64,000 nucleotides of DNA, taken from an uncultured Negativicutes bacterium (lineage in GTDB: Bacteria > Bacillota > Negativicutes > JBAXTZ01). Position 1 is the first letter of the stretch; each line of letters opens with the position of its first letter. The stretch covers positions 29,877-93,876 of the forward strand of contig CAVRJL010000006.1 in the NCBI GenBank assembly GCA_963721525.1. Reading direction: 5' to 3'. The position numbers were made by a program, and so were the translations under genes. The notes under the pieces were generated by a model that was not told the DNA's origin, searched no databases, and worked only from the letters and a program-made list of their open reading frames with translations. Of the stretch, positions 40,131 through 51,477 are shown in pieces.

Positions 40131-41393
40131 ATGGTAATTTCTGCGCCTCGCGGAACAAAAGACATTCTTAATAAAGAAATTAAAATTTGGCAAAAAGTTG
40201 AACAAATTGCGCGTAAAAGTTGTTTATTATTCAGTTATAATGAAGTTAGAACCCCAATATTTGAGCAAAGTACGTTGTTTACAAAAGGAATAGGTGATTC
40301 CAGTGATATTGTTCAAAAAGAAATGTATATTTTTGAGGATAGAAAAAAAAGAAGACTAGCACTACGTCCGGAATTAACTGCTGGAACAGTTAGGGCTTAC
40401 CTTGAGAACAAATTATATTCATTGCGGCAACCAGTAAAATTATTTTATATTGGGCCAGTTTTTCGTTATGAGCGACCTCAGACAGGAAGGCAAAGACAAT
40501 TTCATCAGTTTGGGGTAGAAGCATTTGGTTCTCCAAGTCCTTTGCTTGATGCCGAAGTAATAAGTTTGTCTATTTTCTTTTTAAAAAAGATTAAAATTGG
40601 GGATTTAAAGGTTGAAATAAATTCAATAGGGTGTCTTAAGTGTCGTCCAATTTTTAAAAAAAAATTAAAAGAATATTTTAAAAATTATTTACAAAATTTA
40701 TGTTCAGATTGTCAAAATCGTTTTGAAAAAAATCCATTAAGAATTTTAGACTGTAAAAATCCAGTATGCGAAAAAACATTATACAATTCTCCAAGCTACA
40801 TTAGAACTTTATGTTTTGAATGCCGAGAACATTTTGATCAATTACAAGCTATTTTACGAGAAGCAGATATAAGCTTTTCAATAAATCCTTTTCTGGTAAG
40901 AGGATTGGATTACTATACGAAGACTGTATTTGAGATAAAAAACGATTTTTTAGGATCACAAAATTCTTTATGTGGAGGAGGACGATATGATGACTTGGTT
41001 AGTGAATTCGATAAATCAAAAAATGTTCCAGCAATTGGTGTTGCCTTTGGTATGGAACGCATCATTTTATTGTTGCAGAAAATTAATGAAATTCAAGAAA
41101 AAAATGATAATATAAAATGTTATATTGCGCCCTTGATAAATAAAGCAAATCTTATTGCTTTTAAATTACTTACAATATTAAGAAAAAATAACATAAAATG
41201 TGAAATAGATTTTTTTAAAAAAGGAATAAAAGCAATATTAAAACAAGCTGATAAAAATAAAGCTAAATATATAGCAATAATTGGTGAAGAAGAACTAGAA
41301 AAAAATTTTATTTCTTTGAAAAATATGTTAAACAACACTCAGAAAAAAGATAGCTATACGAATATTGTTAAGATTATTTTGGAGGATAAATAA
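40131..41393 (+). CDS. hisS: Histidine--tRNA ligase
   Basis: APRGTKD, RTPIFE, KEMY.F.D, LRPE.TA, FRYERPQ.GR.RQFHQ, LVRGLDYY, GGGRYD. Confidence 0.98.
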   Translation: MVISAPRGTKDILNKEIKIWQKVEQIARKSCLLFSYNEVRTPIFEQSTLFTKGIGDSSDIVQKEMYIFEDRKKRRLALRPELTAGTVRAYLENKLYSLRQPVKLFYIGPVFRYERPQTGRQRQFHQFGVEAFGSPSPLLDAEVISLSIFFLKKIKIGDLKVEINSIGCLKCRPIFKKKLKEYFKNYLQNLCSDCQNRFEKNPLRILDCKNPVCEKTLYNSPSYIRTLCFECREHFDQLQAILREADISFSINPFLVRGLDYYTKTVFEIKNDFLGSQNSLCGGGRYDDLVSEFDKSKNVPAIGVAFGMERIILLLQKINEIQEKNDNIKCYIAPLINKANLIAFKLLTILRKNNIKCEIDFFKKGIKAILKQADKNKAKYIAIIGEEELEKNFISLKNMLNNTQKKDSYTNIVKIILEDK

Positions 41394-43168
41394 TGCTCGA
41401 ACTTTCAGAATTTAAAAAAAGAAGCTGTTATTGTGCACAAGTAATAGAAAAAAAACACGGTAATGAAATAGTATTATATGGATGGGTAAGTAAACGAAGA
41501 GATCATGGAGGACTAATTTTTATTGATTTAAGAGATAGAACAGGGATAGTACAAGTAGTATTTTCTTCAGAGATATCCTTAGATGCTTTTAGAAAAGCAG
41601 AACATATTAGAAATGAATATGTTCTTTACGTAAAAGGCAAAGTGCAACTAAGAAATGAAAATAAAATTAACGAAAATATACCCACAGGGAAAGTTGAAAT
41701 AATTGGGAAAAAGTTAGAAATTTTAAATACAGCAAAAACACCTCCATTTTATATTCAAGATAATATTGAATGTGATGAACAATTACGGTTAAAATATCGT
41801 TATTTGGATTTACGTCGCCCACAAATGCAACACAATTTTCGTATTCGTCACAAAGTTACTATAGCAATAAGAAAATTTTTAGATGAGAAAGATTTTTTTG
41901 AAATAGAAACTCCTATTCTTTGTAAAAGCACCCCAGAAGGAGCGCGTGATTATTTAGTTCCAAGTAGAGTTCACAATGGAAAATTTTTTGCTCTTCCGCA
42001 ATCACCGCAATTATTTAAACAACTATTTATGGTAGCAGGTATGGATAAGTATTATCAAATTGCACGTTGTTTTCGAGATGAAGATTTAAGAGCTGACCGT
42101 CAACCGGAGTTTACGCAACTTGATATGGAAATGTCATTTGTAAATAGAGAACAAGTTATGAAAATTACGGAAAATCTTATAACTTATATATTTAAAGAGA
42201 TTTTACATATAGATATACCTTTGCCAATACCACGTATAAATTATACAGAAGCTATAAATGTTTATGGGACTGATAAACCAGATTTACGGTTTGAAATGCC
42301 TCTCATAAATATAAGTTATTGTATTCATGGTTCAAAATTTAAAGTATATAATCAAATAATTGAGGCAGGCGGAGTAGTAAAATGCATAAATGTTAAAGAT
42401 TATGCCAACGTTTCCAGAAAAGAACTAGACGGACTGGTAACATATGTTCAAAGCTATGGAGTTAAAGGTATGACTTGGATATGTTACATAAATTATGAGA
42501 TGAAATCACCAATAAGTAAATTTTTTAATGAAAAAATTATCAAAGAAATTTTTAAAGTTGCCAAAGTAGAGCTAAATGATTTATTATTAATAATTGCCGG
42601 AGATTTAAATACTGTAAATACTGCATTAGGGGCTTTAAGAATAAAAATAGCTCGTCGAAGAAAACTTATAAAAAAAGAAGATGAGTTTAAGTTTGCTTGG
42701 ATAATCAACTTTCCCTTATTTGAGTATAATGCTGAGAATAAAAAAATTATTGCAGTTCATCATCCTTTTACTTCTCCTAATGAAGAAGATTTAAAATATA
42801 TAGAAACTAATCCTTTACAAGTTCGTGCAAATGCTTATGATTTAGTGTTAAATGGCACAGAATTAGGGGGAGGAAGTATAAGAGTATTTCAAAGAGATTT
42901 ACAAAGTAAAATTTTTAATATAATCGGGATTAATACTAAAGAGGCAAATGAAAAATTTGGATTTTTACTGGACGCTTTTGAATATGGAGCTCCACCTCAT
43001 GGAGGAATAGCTTTAGGATTAGATAGATTAATTATGCTAATGGCAAAGTGTTTAAATATTCGAGATGTCATAGCATTTCCAAAAACTCAATCCGCACAAG
43101 ACTTAATGATGAATTGCCCCTCCAAACTAAATGATAAACAATTAAAGGAAGTTAACATTAAAATTTAA
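41393..43168 (+). CDS. aspS: Aspartate--tRNA ligase
   Basis: RRDHGGLIFIDLRD, RLKYRYLDLRR, STPEGARDYLVP, ALPQSPQLFKQ, FRDEDLRADRQPEFTQ, GAPPHGG. Confidence 0.98.
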   Translation: MLELSEFKKRSCYCAQVIEKKHGNEIVLYGWVSKRRDHGGLIFIDLRDRTGIVQVVFSSEISLDAFRKAEHIRNEYVLYVKGKVQLRNENKINENIPTGKVEIIGKKLEILNTAKTPPFYIQDNIECDEQLRLKYRYLDLRRPQMQHNFRIRHKVTIAIRKFLDEKDFFEIETPILCKSTPEGARDYLVPSRVHNGKFFALPQSPQLFKQLFMVAGMDKYYQIARCFRDEDLRADRQPEFTQLDMEMSFVNREQVMKITENLITYIFKEILHIDIPLPIPRINYTEAINVYGTDKPDLRFEMPLINISYCIHGSKFKVYNQIIEAGGVVKCINVKDYANVSRKELDGLVTYVQSYGVKGMTWICYINYEMKSPISKFFNEKIIKEIFKVAKVELNDLLLIIAGDLNTVNTALGALRIKIARRRKLIKKEDEFKFAWIINFPLFEYNAENKKIIAVHHPFTSPNEEDLKYIETNPLQVRANAYDLVLNGTELGGGSIRVFQRDLQSKIFNIIGINTKEANEKFGFLLDAFEYGAPPHGGIALGLDRLIMLMAKCLNIRDVIAFPKTQSAQDLMMNCPSKLNDKQLKEVNIKI

Positions 43169-43192
43169 AATGTATACAGCAGTTTTATATTA

Positions 43193-43221
43193 TTGTATTA
43201 TTTCACTATTTTTGGTATAAT
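43193..43221 (+). promoter_or_regulatory. rpsB promoter
   Basis: TTGTAT-17 nt-TATAAT with extended TG. Confidence 0.65.
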
Positions 43222-43235
43222 ATCTTAGCTAAATT

Positions 43236-43292
43236 ACACGCATCAAAGTCCACTGTGCCATATGGTAAAATGATGCGGAAGCGTAACGGAGG
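43236..43292 (+). promoter_or_regulatory. rpsB (S2/t44-like) autoregulatory leader
   Basis: ACACGCAUCA...UGAUGCGGA stem directly 5' of rpsB, GC-rich relative to its flanks. Confidence 0.55.
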
Positions 43293-43302
43293 AGGAACTT
43301 AA

Positions 43303-44055
43303 ATGTCACTTATTTCAATGAAATCTTTGTTAGAAGCAGGTGTTCATTTTGGACATCAAACTCGTCGCTGGAATCCAAAAATGGCGTATTATATTTTTAC
43401 AGAGCGTAACGGTATACATATTATTGATTTACAAAAAACAGTAAAAAAAGTAGAAACAGCTTATCATTTTATACGCGAAATTGCTACAAAAGGTGAATTT
43501 ATATTATTTGTTGGAACAAAAAAACAAGCTCAAGATGCAATATTCCAAGAAGCTGTTCGTTGTGGTATGTTTTATGTTAATCAACGTTGGCTTGGAGGTA
43601 TGCTTACCAATTTTCAAACAATTAAAAAACGTATTGAAAGATTACTTGAATTAGAAAAATTGGAAAAAGAAGGCAATTTTGAAGTTTTACCAAAAAAAGA
43701 GGTTATTATTTTAGGGCATGAAATGGAAAGATTAAAAAAATATCTTAACGGAATAAAAAAAATGAAAAGTCTTCCAAGTGCGCTTTTTGTTATTGATCCC
43801 CGTAAAGAACATATAGCAATTGTTGAGGCAAGAAAGCTGGGTATTCCCATTGTAGGTATTGTTGATACAAATTGTGATCCTGATGAGATTGACTATGTAA
43901 TACCTGCTAATGATGATGCAATAAGGGCAATTAAGTTAATGTGCGGAAAAATAGCAGATGCTATTATTGAAGGACGTCAAGGTGAATTAAAAGAAAATGA
44001 ACAATGTGTTGTGGGAAATAAGCAAGTAGAAGAAGTTATTGAAGAGAATAAATAA
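43303..44055 (+). CDS. rpsB: 30S ribosomal protein S2
   Basis: [44 protein letters not shown]. Confidence 0.99.
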   Translation: MSLISMKSLLEAGVHFGHQTRRWNPKMAYYIFTERNGIHIIDLQKTVKKVETAYHFIREIATKGEFILFVGTKKQAQDAIFQEAVRCGMFYVNQRWLGGMLTNFQTIKKRIERLLELEKLEKEGNFEVLPKKEVIILGHEMERLKKYLNGIKKMKSLPSALFVIDPRKEHIAIVEARKLGIPIVGIVDTNCDPDEIDYVIPANDDAIRAIKLMCGKIADAIIEGRQGELKENEQCVVGNKQVEEVIEENK

Positions 44056-44119
44056 TTAAAGAAGAGTAATAAAAATAAGGAAAAATTTTACCTTTATTAA
44101 TAATGATGGAGAATAAAAG

Positions 44120-44770
44120 ATGCAAATTAATGCTGAAATAGTAAAAAATCTTCGTGTAAAAACAGGAGCAGGAATGATGGATTGTAAAAAAGCTCTGGTT
44201 GAAACTAATGGAGATATTGAAAGAGCAATTAAAAAATTACGTGAAAAAGGATTAGTAACGGCGGCAAAAAAAGCTGGAAGAATTGCCACCGAAGGAACAG
44301 TAGGAAGTTATATTCATGGAGGAGGTAGAATTGGAGTTCTTATTGAGGTTAATTGTGAAACAGATTTTGTTGCTAAAACAGAAAGATTTCAAGGGCTAAT
44401 AAAAGATATCTCTATGCAAATAGCAGCATCTAATCCCCTGTATATAAAAAAAGAAGACGTTCCAATAAATATTATAGAACAAGAAAAAAATATATTAAAA
44501 GCGCAAGTACTTAGCGAAGGAAAGTCTAAAGATATTTTGGAACAAATAGTTTTAGGACGTATGGATAAATTTTTTAAAGAAGTATGTTTATTAGAACAGC
44601 CTTTTATAAAAAATCCTGAGAATACAATACAACAGTTAATTGTTGAAAACATTGCGAAATTAGGTGAAAATATTAATGTTCGACGTTTTATTCGTTATCA
44701 ATTAGGAGAAGGATTAGAGAAAAAACTCGAAAATTTTGTTGATGAAGTGATGGATATAACAAAAAACTAA
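44120..44770 (+). CDS. tsf: Elongation factor Ts (short form)
   Basis: [43 protein letters not shown]. Confidence 0.98.
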   Translation: MQINAEIVKNLRVKTGAGMMDCKKALVETNGDIERAIKKLREKGLVTAAKKAGRIATEGTVGSYIHGGGRIGVLIEVNCETDFVAKTERFQGLIKDISMQIAASNPLYIKKEDVPINIIEQEKNILKAQVLSEGKSKDILEQIVLGRMDKFFKEVCLLEQPFIKNPENTIQQLIVENIAKLGENINVRRFIRYQLGEGLEKKLENFVDEVMDITKN

Positions 44771-44795
44771 ATTATCTAATTATAATAGTTATTGT

Positions 44796-44825
44796 AGAAC
44801 ACGAATCTTGTGTTCTTTTATTTTA
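44796..44825 (+). terminator. Probable terminator after rpsB-tsf
   Basis: agaacacga-atc-ttgtgttct followed by tttatttt. Confidence 0.5.
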
Positions 44826-44840
44826 CTTAAGGAGAGCCTG

Positions 44841-45620
44841 ATGGAAGAAAAAAAATATAAACGTATTATATTGAAATTAAGTGGCGAATCTTTGGCAGGC
44901 GAAAAAGAAGTTGGAATTGATTATGATACTTTAGATTCCTTAGCCCGTGAAATTATTGAAGTGCAAAAATCAGGGATACAAATTGCGATAGTAGTCGGTG
45001 GAGGTAATTTTTGGCGTGGTATTATAGCAAGTGCTGTAGGAATGGAAAGAGCTACCGCTGATTATATTGGTATGTTGGCAACTGTAATGAATAGTTTAGC
45101 TCTTCAAGATGCTATAGAAAGTAAGGGAGTTCCTACTCGAGTAATGTCAGCAATTACAATGGAACAAATTGCCGAACCCTATATAAGAAGAAGGGCCACT
45201 CATCATTTAGATAAAGGTAGAATAGTAATTTTTTCCGCAGGTACAGGTAATCCTTATTTTTCTACTGATACAACAGCAGCTTTACGAGCAGCTGAAATTG
45301 AAGCAGAAATAATTCTTATGGCAAAGAAAAACACGGAAGGTGTATATAACAGTGATCCAAAATTAAACCCTCAGGCAAAAATGTTTAAAAAGCTTGAACA
45401 TATTGAAATAATTAAAAACGGTTTAGAAGTTATGGATTCAACAGCAGCAAGTTTATGTATGGATAACGGCATACCTATTATAGTTTTCAATATGAATACA
45501 CCAGGGAATATTTTAAGTGTTATTCAAGGAAATCGAATTGGTACTTATATAGGAGAAGAAAATGATAATTGTTCAGGATATACTAAATATAAGTGGACAA
45601 AAGATGGAAAAATTACTTAA
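44841..45620 (+). CDS. pyrH: UMP kinase
   Basis: [43 protein letters not shown]; SD AAGGAG before ATG 44841. Confidence 0.97.
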   Translation: MEEKKYKRIILKLSGESLAGEKEVGIDYDTLDSLAREIIEVQKSGIQIAIVVGGGNFWRGIIASAVGMERATADYIGMLATVMNSLALQDAIESKGVPTRVMSAITMEQIAEPYIRRRATHHLDKGRIVIFSAGTGNPYFSTDTTAALRAAEIEAEIILMAKKNTEGVYNSDPKLNPQAKMFKKLEHIEIIKNGLEVMDSTAASLCMDNGIPIIVFNMNTPGNILSVIQGNRIGTYIGEENDNCSGYTKYKWTKDGKIT

Positions 45621-46125
45621 TTTATTTAAACAAGAGTTATCTTCTATACGTGCTGGTAGAGCAAATATTAACTTACTTGATAAAATCACTATTGATTATT
45701 ACGGCGTTGAGACTTCTATAAAGCAAGTAGCAAATATTGCTGTACCTGAAGCTCACATGATAGTAATACAACCTTGGGGAAAAGATATGTTAGTTAATAT
45801 TGAAAAAGCAATTCAAAAATCTGATATAGGAATTAATCCCACAAACGATGGCATTGTAATTCGTTTAGCATTTCCTCAATTAACAATGGAACGACGTAAG
45901 AAATTAGTGAAAATAGTGTATAAAACCGCAGAAAATAATAAGATTATAATTCGTAATATACGGCGTGAGGGTAACGAACAAGTAAGAAAAATACAAAAAG
46001 ATAGTATTATTTCTGAAGATAAGGCATTAAAATCTCAAGAAGAAATACAAAAATTAACTGATTTATATATAAAAAAAATTGAGATCCTAACTACTGAAAA
46101 AGAAAAGGAAATTTTAGAAATATAA
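45562..46125 (+). CDS. frr: Ribosome recycling factor
   Basis: [41 protein letters not shown]. Confidence 0.96.
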   Translation: MIIVQDILNISGQKMEKLLNLFKQELSSIRAGRANINLLDKITIDYYGVETSIKQVANIAVPEAHMIVIQPWGKDMLVNIEKAIQKSDIGINPTNDGIVIRLAFPQLTMERRKKLVKIVYKTAENNKIIIRNIRREGNEQVRKIQKDSIISEDKALKSQEEIQKLTDLYIKKIEILTTEKEKEILEI

Positions 46126-46341
46126 AATGGACATTTATATAGGAGAAAATTGATCAACAGAAATCAAATACTTGCAAGATAATTAAATTCAATATAAAAT
46201 AGTAGTTACTCAACCTAAAACCATTAAATTTAGACTGATAGGTAGAAAAATTTGTAATAATAAGTTCAACCCCATTGCAAAAAATAGTGTGGTAGAGTTC
46301 TTATTATAAATAAAACTAAAAATGAAAGGTGGTATAAGTTT

Positions 46342-46515
46342 ATGGCTTATAAAATTAATACTGATTGTGTTTGTTGTGGTTCTTGTATTAGCGTTTGTCC
46401 AGTATCAGCAATATCTGAAGGAATACCTACATATAATATTTCGGATGAGTGTGTTGAATGTGGAGCTTGTGCTTCGGTTTGTCCAGTAGGAGCTATTAAA
46501 ATGAATAAAATATAA
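46342..46515 (+). CDS. fdx: Clostridial-type 2[4Fe-4S] ferredoxin (57 aa; not in the ORF track)
   Basis: MAYKINTDCVCCGSCISVCPVSAISEG...CVECGACASVCPVGAI; SD AAAGGTGGT. Confidence 0.93.
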   Translation: MAYKINTDCVCCGSCISVCPVSAISEGIPTYNISDECVECGACASVCPVGAIKMNKI

Positions 46516-46518
46516 TAA

Positions 46519-46555
46519 AAAAATAGCTTTCTGTATTAAACAGAGAGCTATTTTT
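46519..46555 (+). terminator. Terminator after the ferredoxin gene
   Basis: aaaaatagctttctgt...acagagagctattttt hairpin. Confidence 0.7.
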
Positions 46556-46571
46556 CATATATGAGGTATTA

Positions 46572-47102
46572 GTGAAAAAAAAAATAATATATATAATCAA
46601 GGAATGGGTAATAAGCATAATAATAGCTGTATGCTTTGCATTGCTTATACGTACTTTTGTGGTTGCATTATATATTGTCGATGGTTCTTCGATGAAACCA
46701 ACCTTGTTAGATGGAGAACGTCTTGTAGTAAATAAATTTTTATATAGATTTAAAGAACCTCAAAAAGGAGATATTATAGTTTTCGAGTATCCGAGTGATA
46801 GAGAAAAAGATTTTGTTAAAAGAGTAATAGCCACTCCAGGAGACGATATAGAAATTATTAATGGAATAGTCTTTTTAAAAGGGCAACCTATAAAAGAAAA
46901 ATATATATTTGAACCTATGATATTAGCAAAAGATTATCCTAAAATACATATACCACCAGGATACATATTTGTTATGGGAGATAACCGAAATAATTCTGAA
47001 GATAGTCGTTTTCGTGACGTAGGTTTAGTTAGTTTTGAAAACATAAAAGGAAAAGCAATGCTCTTATTTTGGCCTTTAAATAAGTTTAAAGTTCTACCGT
47101 AA
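46572..47102 (+). CDS. lepB: Signal peptidase I
   Basis: V.GSSM.PTL, GDIIVF, FVKRVIA.PGD, FVMGDNRNNS.DSR. Confidence 0.96.
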   Translation: MKKKIIYIIKEWVISIIIAVCFALLIRTFVVALYIVDGSSMKPTLLDGERLVVNKFLYRFKEPQKGDIIVFEYPSDREKDFVKRVIATPGDDIEIINGIVFLKGQPIKEKYIFEPMILAKDYPKIHIPPGYIFVMGDNRNNSEDSRFRDVGLVSFENIKGKAMLLFWPLNKFKVLP

Positions 47103-47981
47103 GTGATAGTAGATACTAAAATAAATATAAATTGGTATCCTGGACATATGGCTAAAGCGTTTCGAATGATTGAAAAAAGCAGTAATTTGGTTGATGTTTT
47201 TATAGAATTGCGAGACGCTAGAATTCCCTTAAGTAGTGCAAATCCTAAAATCAATAAATTAATAAAAAATAAAAAAAGAGTTATTTTCCTAAATAAATCA
47301 GATTTAGTAGAAAAGAAAAAAATAAAAGAATGGATTAATTATTTTAAATCATTAGGTTATGAATCATTAGAAGTAGAAGCCATCAATAGCACAAAAGTTC
47401 AAGATATTATGAAAATACTACGAAAATTTCATAGAGAAAAATTAAAATTTTCATTATCAAAAAAAATAAAATCTTGTTTTTTAAGGGTAATGATATTAGG
47501 TATACCAAATGTAGGAAAATCAACATTAATAAATACATTATTTAAATCAAAAGCAGCGATAACGGGGAACAAACCAGGAATTACGCGTGGTAAACAAATA
47601 ATAAAAGTATCATCTAACATAGAACTTATTGATGTACCCGGTTTGCTTTGGGAAAAAATTCAACCTATAGAAACAGCTTATAAATTAGCTTATATTGGTT
47701 CACTAAAGGATGAAACGTATGATAACAACAAACTTATTTTAAGTTTACTTAGTTTATTGTGTGAAAAATTTCCTTCCAAGTTAAAAGAGCGTTATAATAT
47801 AGAAAATTTTGATTTTGAACAAAGACAATTAGAAAATTTATTAGATCTAATTGGCAGAAAAAAAGGCCTATTTTTATTAAAAGGGAAAACAGATATTAAT
47901 AGAACAATTGATTTATTAAAAAATGATTTTCGTTCTGGTAAATTAGGACGATTAATACTGGACGAGATCCCTGAAAAATAA
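47103..47981 (+). CDS. ylqF: Ribosome biogenesis GTPase RbgA/YlqF
   Basis: INWYPGHMAKA, DARIP.SS.NP, LNKSDL, GIPNVGKST, GNKPGITRG, D.PG.LW, DFRSGKLG. Confidence 0.95.
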   Translation: MIVDTKININWYPGHMAKAFRMIEKSSNLVDVFIELRDARIPLSSANPKINKLIKNKKRVIFLNKSDLVEKKKIKEWINYFKSLGYESLEVEAINSTKVQDIMKILRKFHREKLKFSLSKKIKSCFLRVMILGIPNVGKSTLINTLFKSKAAITGNKPGITRGKQIIKVSSNIELIDVPGLLWEKIQPIETAYKLAYIGSLKDETYDNNKLILSLLSLLCEKFPSKLKERYNIENFDFEQRQLENLLDLIGRKKGLFLLKGKTDINRTIDLLKNDFRSGKLGRLILDEIPEK

Positions 47982-48270
47982 ATTATGTAAAACAAGGTTG
48001 ATTTTTTTATTTAATGATAATTATTAAAAATATGTAAAATACCCATAAATTTACCTAAAATTTGCCTTAATCGCGATGATGTAATTGGATTAAAAGGTTG
48101 TATTTTTTGAGAAAACTTAATATTATCTTTTAAAGAAGAACGCATAGGATGTGCAATTATATTTATGCGGTACCTTTTTCCTAGTAAGAGTTGTTGGGGA
48201 AATTATTGTAAAATAGAAGAAAGAAAGAAAATAAAAAGTAGATTTAGGATTTAGTCTTTAATTTAAAACT

Positions 48271-49200
48271 CTAAATCTTGTGAGCACAACCTAATACATT
48301 AATAATTTTATGTTTAACAAGAGTTTTAATAGCTTCTCTAGCTGATGAAAGATATTGACGCGGATCAAAATGGTTTGGATGGTGTGCTAAATACTCTCTG
48401 ATTGTACCTGTCATGGCTAACCTCAAATCAGAATCTATATTTATTTTACATATTCCTAAATTGGCTGCTCTACGTAACATATTTTCTGGCACTCCCTGTG
48501 CTCCTGGTATTTTTCCACCATAATTATTTATTTTTTCCACGAATTCTGGAATAACGCTCGATGCTCCATGTAATACAAGAGGGAAATCAGGTAGTAAATT
48601 GGATATTTTTTCCAAACGATTAAAATCTAAATTAGCTTCTCCTTTAAATTTATAGGCTCCATGACTTGTACCTATAGCTATTGCTAAGCTATCTACTTTT
48701 GTTTTTTTGACAAATTGTACGGCTTGTTCGGGATCAGTATAGGTAGCACTAGCTGAATTCACTTGGACCAAATCTTCGATCCCTGCTAAACGTCCTAGTT
48801 CAGCTTCGACAACTACTCCATGAGCATGAGCATATTCTACAACTTCTTTTGTAATAGCTATATTTTTTTCGAAAGAATAATGGGAAGCATCTATCATTAC
48901 AGATGTAAAACCATTATCTATACATGATTTACATAGTTCGAAAGAATCACCGTGGTCAAGATGAATAGCGATAGGTAAGTCACTATCTTGAATTGCTGCT
49001 TCAATTAATTTCATTAAATAAATATGTCTTGCATATTTACGAGCACCTGCGCTTACTTGTAAAATTAAAGGAGCTTTAACTTCTTTTGCTGCATCTACAA
49101 TTCCTTGAATAGTTTCCATATTATTTAAATTAAAAGCACCTATAGCATACTTTTCTTTATAAGCTCGCGTAAACATTTTTTTTGTAGAAACTAAAGCCAT
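48271..49200 (-). CDS. fba: Class II fructose-1,6-bisphosphate aldolase
   Basis: HLDHG, GFTSVMIDAS, VEAELG, AIGTSHGAYKF, PLVLHGASS, KINIDSD, FDPR.YL. Confidence 0.97.
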   Translation of the reverse strand: MALVSTKKMFTRAYKEKYAIGAFNLNNMETIQGIVDAAKEVKAPLILQVSAGARKYARHIYLMKLIEAAIQDSDLPIAIHLDHGDSFELCKSCIDNGFTSVMIDASHYSFEKNIAITKEVVEYAHAHGVVVEAELGRLAGIEDLVQVNSASATYTDPEQAVQFVKKTKVDSLAIAIGTSHGAYKFKGEANLDFNRLEKISNLLPDFPLVLHGASSVIPEFVEKINNYGGKIPGAQGVPENMLRRAANLGICKINIDSDLRLAMTGTIREYLAHHPNHFDPRQYLSSAREAIKTLVKHKIINVLGCAHKI

Positions 49201-49428
49201 TTATAATAACCTCCTAATAAAATTAATTTTATTATAGCACTCTAAAAGAATAAAAGTAATAATGTAAATTAATTTCTTCTAGAACCATCTAAAATATTAA
49301 ATTATTTCCTTGCTTTTGAAAAAAGTTAAATATTAAGGAAAACTTGACTTTTTTATAGCATATAGTAAAATTTTATTAAATCTTTATTAGCGTAAGATAT
49401 TTGTAATTTCATTTGCTGAAAAAACTAT

Positions 49429-49463
49429 AATTCGTCCTGAATTTTTTTCAGGACGAATTTTTT
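49429..49463 (+). terminator. Terminator-like hairpin in the thrS leader (T-box relic)
   Basis: aattcgtcctgaa-ttttt-ttcaggacgaatt plus T-run, immediately before SD AGGAG; TTGACT-16-TAAAAT promoter at 49344-49371. Confidence 0.6.
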
Positions 49464-49472
49464 AGGAGTTTT

Positions 49473-51407
49473 ATGTTAATCACATTAAAAAACGGGGAAA
49501 ATATAAGTGTTGAAATAGGAATAACTTTATTTGATCTAGCAAGAAAACTTAGCAATAATTTGGCACAAGAAGCGCTAGTGGCAAAAGTTAATGGAAATTT
49601 AAAAGATTTAACAACTACTTTAATTCAAGAGTGTACAGTAGAATTTTTTACCTTTGATGACGAAGAAGGGAAAAAAGCTTTAAGACATACAGCTGCTCAT
49701 ATTTTAGCTCAAGCGATAAAACGTCTTTACCTTAATGTTAGGTTAGCTATAGGTTCAGCGATAGAAAATGGTTTTTATTATGATTTTGATATTGAAACAA
49801 TTAGCAATGAAGATTTACTGAAAATTGAAACAGAAATGCAATACATAGTTGAGGAAAATTTTCCTATTAAGCGCCTTGTTTTGTCTAAAATTGAAGCATT
49901 GAAACTGTTAGAAAAGAAACAAGAAACCTATAAACTTGAATTGCTTTCAGAATTAGAAGAAAATATTGAAATAAGTTTTTATAAGCAAGGAGAATTTATT
50001 GATTTGTGCACTGGTCCACATATTATTTCTACGGGACAAGCTAGAGCCTTTAAACTTCTTAATGTGGCGGGTGCCTATTGGCGAGGTAATGAAAAAAATA
50101 AAATGCTGCAAAGAATTTATGGAACAGCTTTTATAAAAAAACAAGACTTGGATGAATATGTTATAAGGTTGAAAGAAGTTAAATTACGCGACCATAATAG
50201 GTTGGGACGAGAATTAGAATTATTTACTACAGTGGCGCCCATAGGTCAAGGACTGCCTTTATTAATGCCAAAGGGGGCAAAAATTATTCAGATATTACAG
50301 CGTTTGGTAGAAGATGAAGAAGAAAAACGAGGCTATTTATTAACTAAAACGCCACTTATGGCAAAAAGCGATTTATATAAAATTTCAGGTCATTGGACCA
50401 ATTATAGTGAAGGGATGTTTATAATAGGCAATGAAAAAAGACCGGAAGAAGTATTAGCATTAAGACCAATGACTTGTCCTTTTCAATTTATGATTTTTAA
50501 ATCTAAAACTCGTAGTTATAAAGATTTACCTATGAAATACAATGAAACTTCAACTTTATTTCGAAATGAAGCAAGCGGAGAAATGCATGGATTAGCTCGT
50601 ATTCGTCAGTTTACATTATCGGAGGGACATGTAATATGTACCCCTGAACAACTTGAAGATGAGTTTCGAGCAGTTTTGAATTTAATTGATTATTTTATGG
50701 TAGTTTTAGATTTAAAAAAAGATTTAACTTATCGTTTTTCAAAATGGGATCCTAACCTTAAAAAAAAATATATAGGCGAAACTCACCAGTGGGAAGATGT
50801 TGAAAATAAAATGAGAGAGATTTTAGAACATGTTGATCTACCTTATGTTGAAGCTATAGGAGAAGCAGCTTTTTATGGGCCAAAATTAGATGTACAAATA
50901 AAAAATGTTTATGGTAAGGAAGATACTTTGATTACAGTTCAAATAGATTTTGCTTTAGCTAAACGCTTCGATATGACTTACGTTGATAAAAATGGGAGTA
51001 AACAATATCCTTATGTAGTTCATCGTACATCAATTGGATGTTATGAGAGAACATTGGCTTTATTAATAGAAAAATATGCGGGAGCTTTTCCTGTTTGGCT
51101 TGCTCCTGTACAAATAAAAGTCATGCCAATAACTGATAGAAGTTTAGAATATGCTAAAAAAATCATAAAGGAATTAAAAATATGTGGAATAAGAGTTGAA
51201 CTAGATGATAGAGAAGTCAAAATTAGTTATAAAATTCGTCAAGCAGAAGTGGAGAGAATTCCTTATATAATAATACTTGGAGATAAGGAAATCAAAAAAA
51301 ACACATTAGCTATTAGACAGCGTAATAAAGGTGACATTGGAGCTATGGGAATTAATGATTTTATTTCTAAAATACAAGCTGATATTAATGGAAAGGTTAA
51401 TTTTTAA
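49473..51407 (+). CDS. thrS: Threonine--tRNA ligase
   Basis: LRHTAAHILAQA, GFYYDF, DLCTGPH, GAYWRG, LQRIYG, RDH, LRPMTCP, AAFYGPKLD, HR...G..ER. Confidence 0.98.
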   Translation: MLITLKNGENISVEIGITLFDLARKLSNNLAQEALVAKVNGNLKDLTTTLIQECTVEFFTFDDEEGKKALRHTAAHILAQAIKRLYLNVRLAIGSAIENGFYYDFDIETISNEDLLKIETEMQYIVEENFPIKRLVLSKIEALKLLEKKQETYKLELLSELEENIEISFYKQGEFIDLCTGPHIISTGQARAFKLLNVAGAYWRGNEKNKMLQRIYGTAFIKKQDLDEYVIRLKEVKLRDHNRLGRELELFTTVAPIGQGLPLLMPKGAKIIQILQRLVEDEEEKRGYLLTKTPLMAKSDLYKISGHWTNYSEGMFIIGNEKRPEEVLALRPMTCPFQFMIFKSKTRSYKDLPMKYNETSTLFRNEASGEMHGLARIRQFTLSEGHVICTPEQLEDEFRAVLNLIDYFMVVLDLKKDLTYRFSKWDPNLKKKYIGETHQWEDVENKMREILEHVDLPYVEAIGEAAFYGPKLDVQIKNVYGKEDTLITVQIDFALAKRFDMTYVDKNGSKQYPYVVHRTSIGCYERTLALLIEKYAGAFPVWLAPVQIKVMPITDRSLEYAKKIIKELKICGIRVELDDREVKISYKIRQAEVERIPYIIILGDKEIKKNTLAIRQRNKGDIGAMGINDFISKIQADINGKVNF

Positions 51408-51477
51408 TTTCATAAAATATATAAAACGTATTTTGCAACGAAATATTGTAGTGTTTTTAAAATGTCGAGGTATGTTA

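Noticed and set aside
47982-48270. Expected rnhB relic after ylqF
   Set aside because: No recognisable DEAGRG or other RNase HII fragments.
51331-51477. N-terminal extension of ValS overlapping thrS in the ORF track
   Set aside because: No ValS-like sequence; the SD supports ATG 51478.
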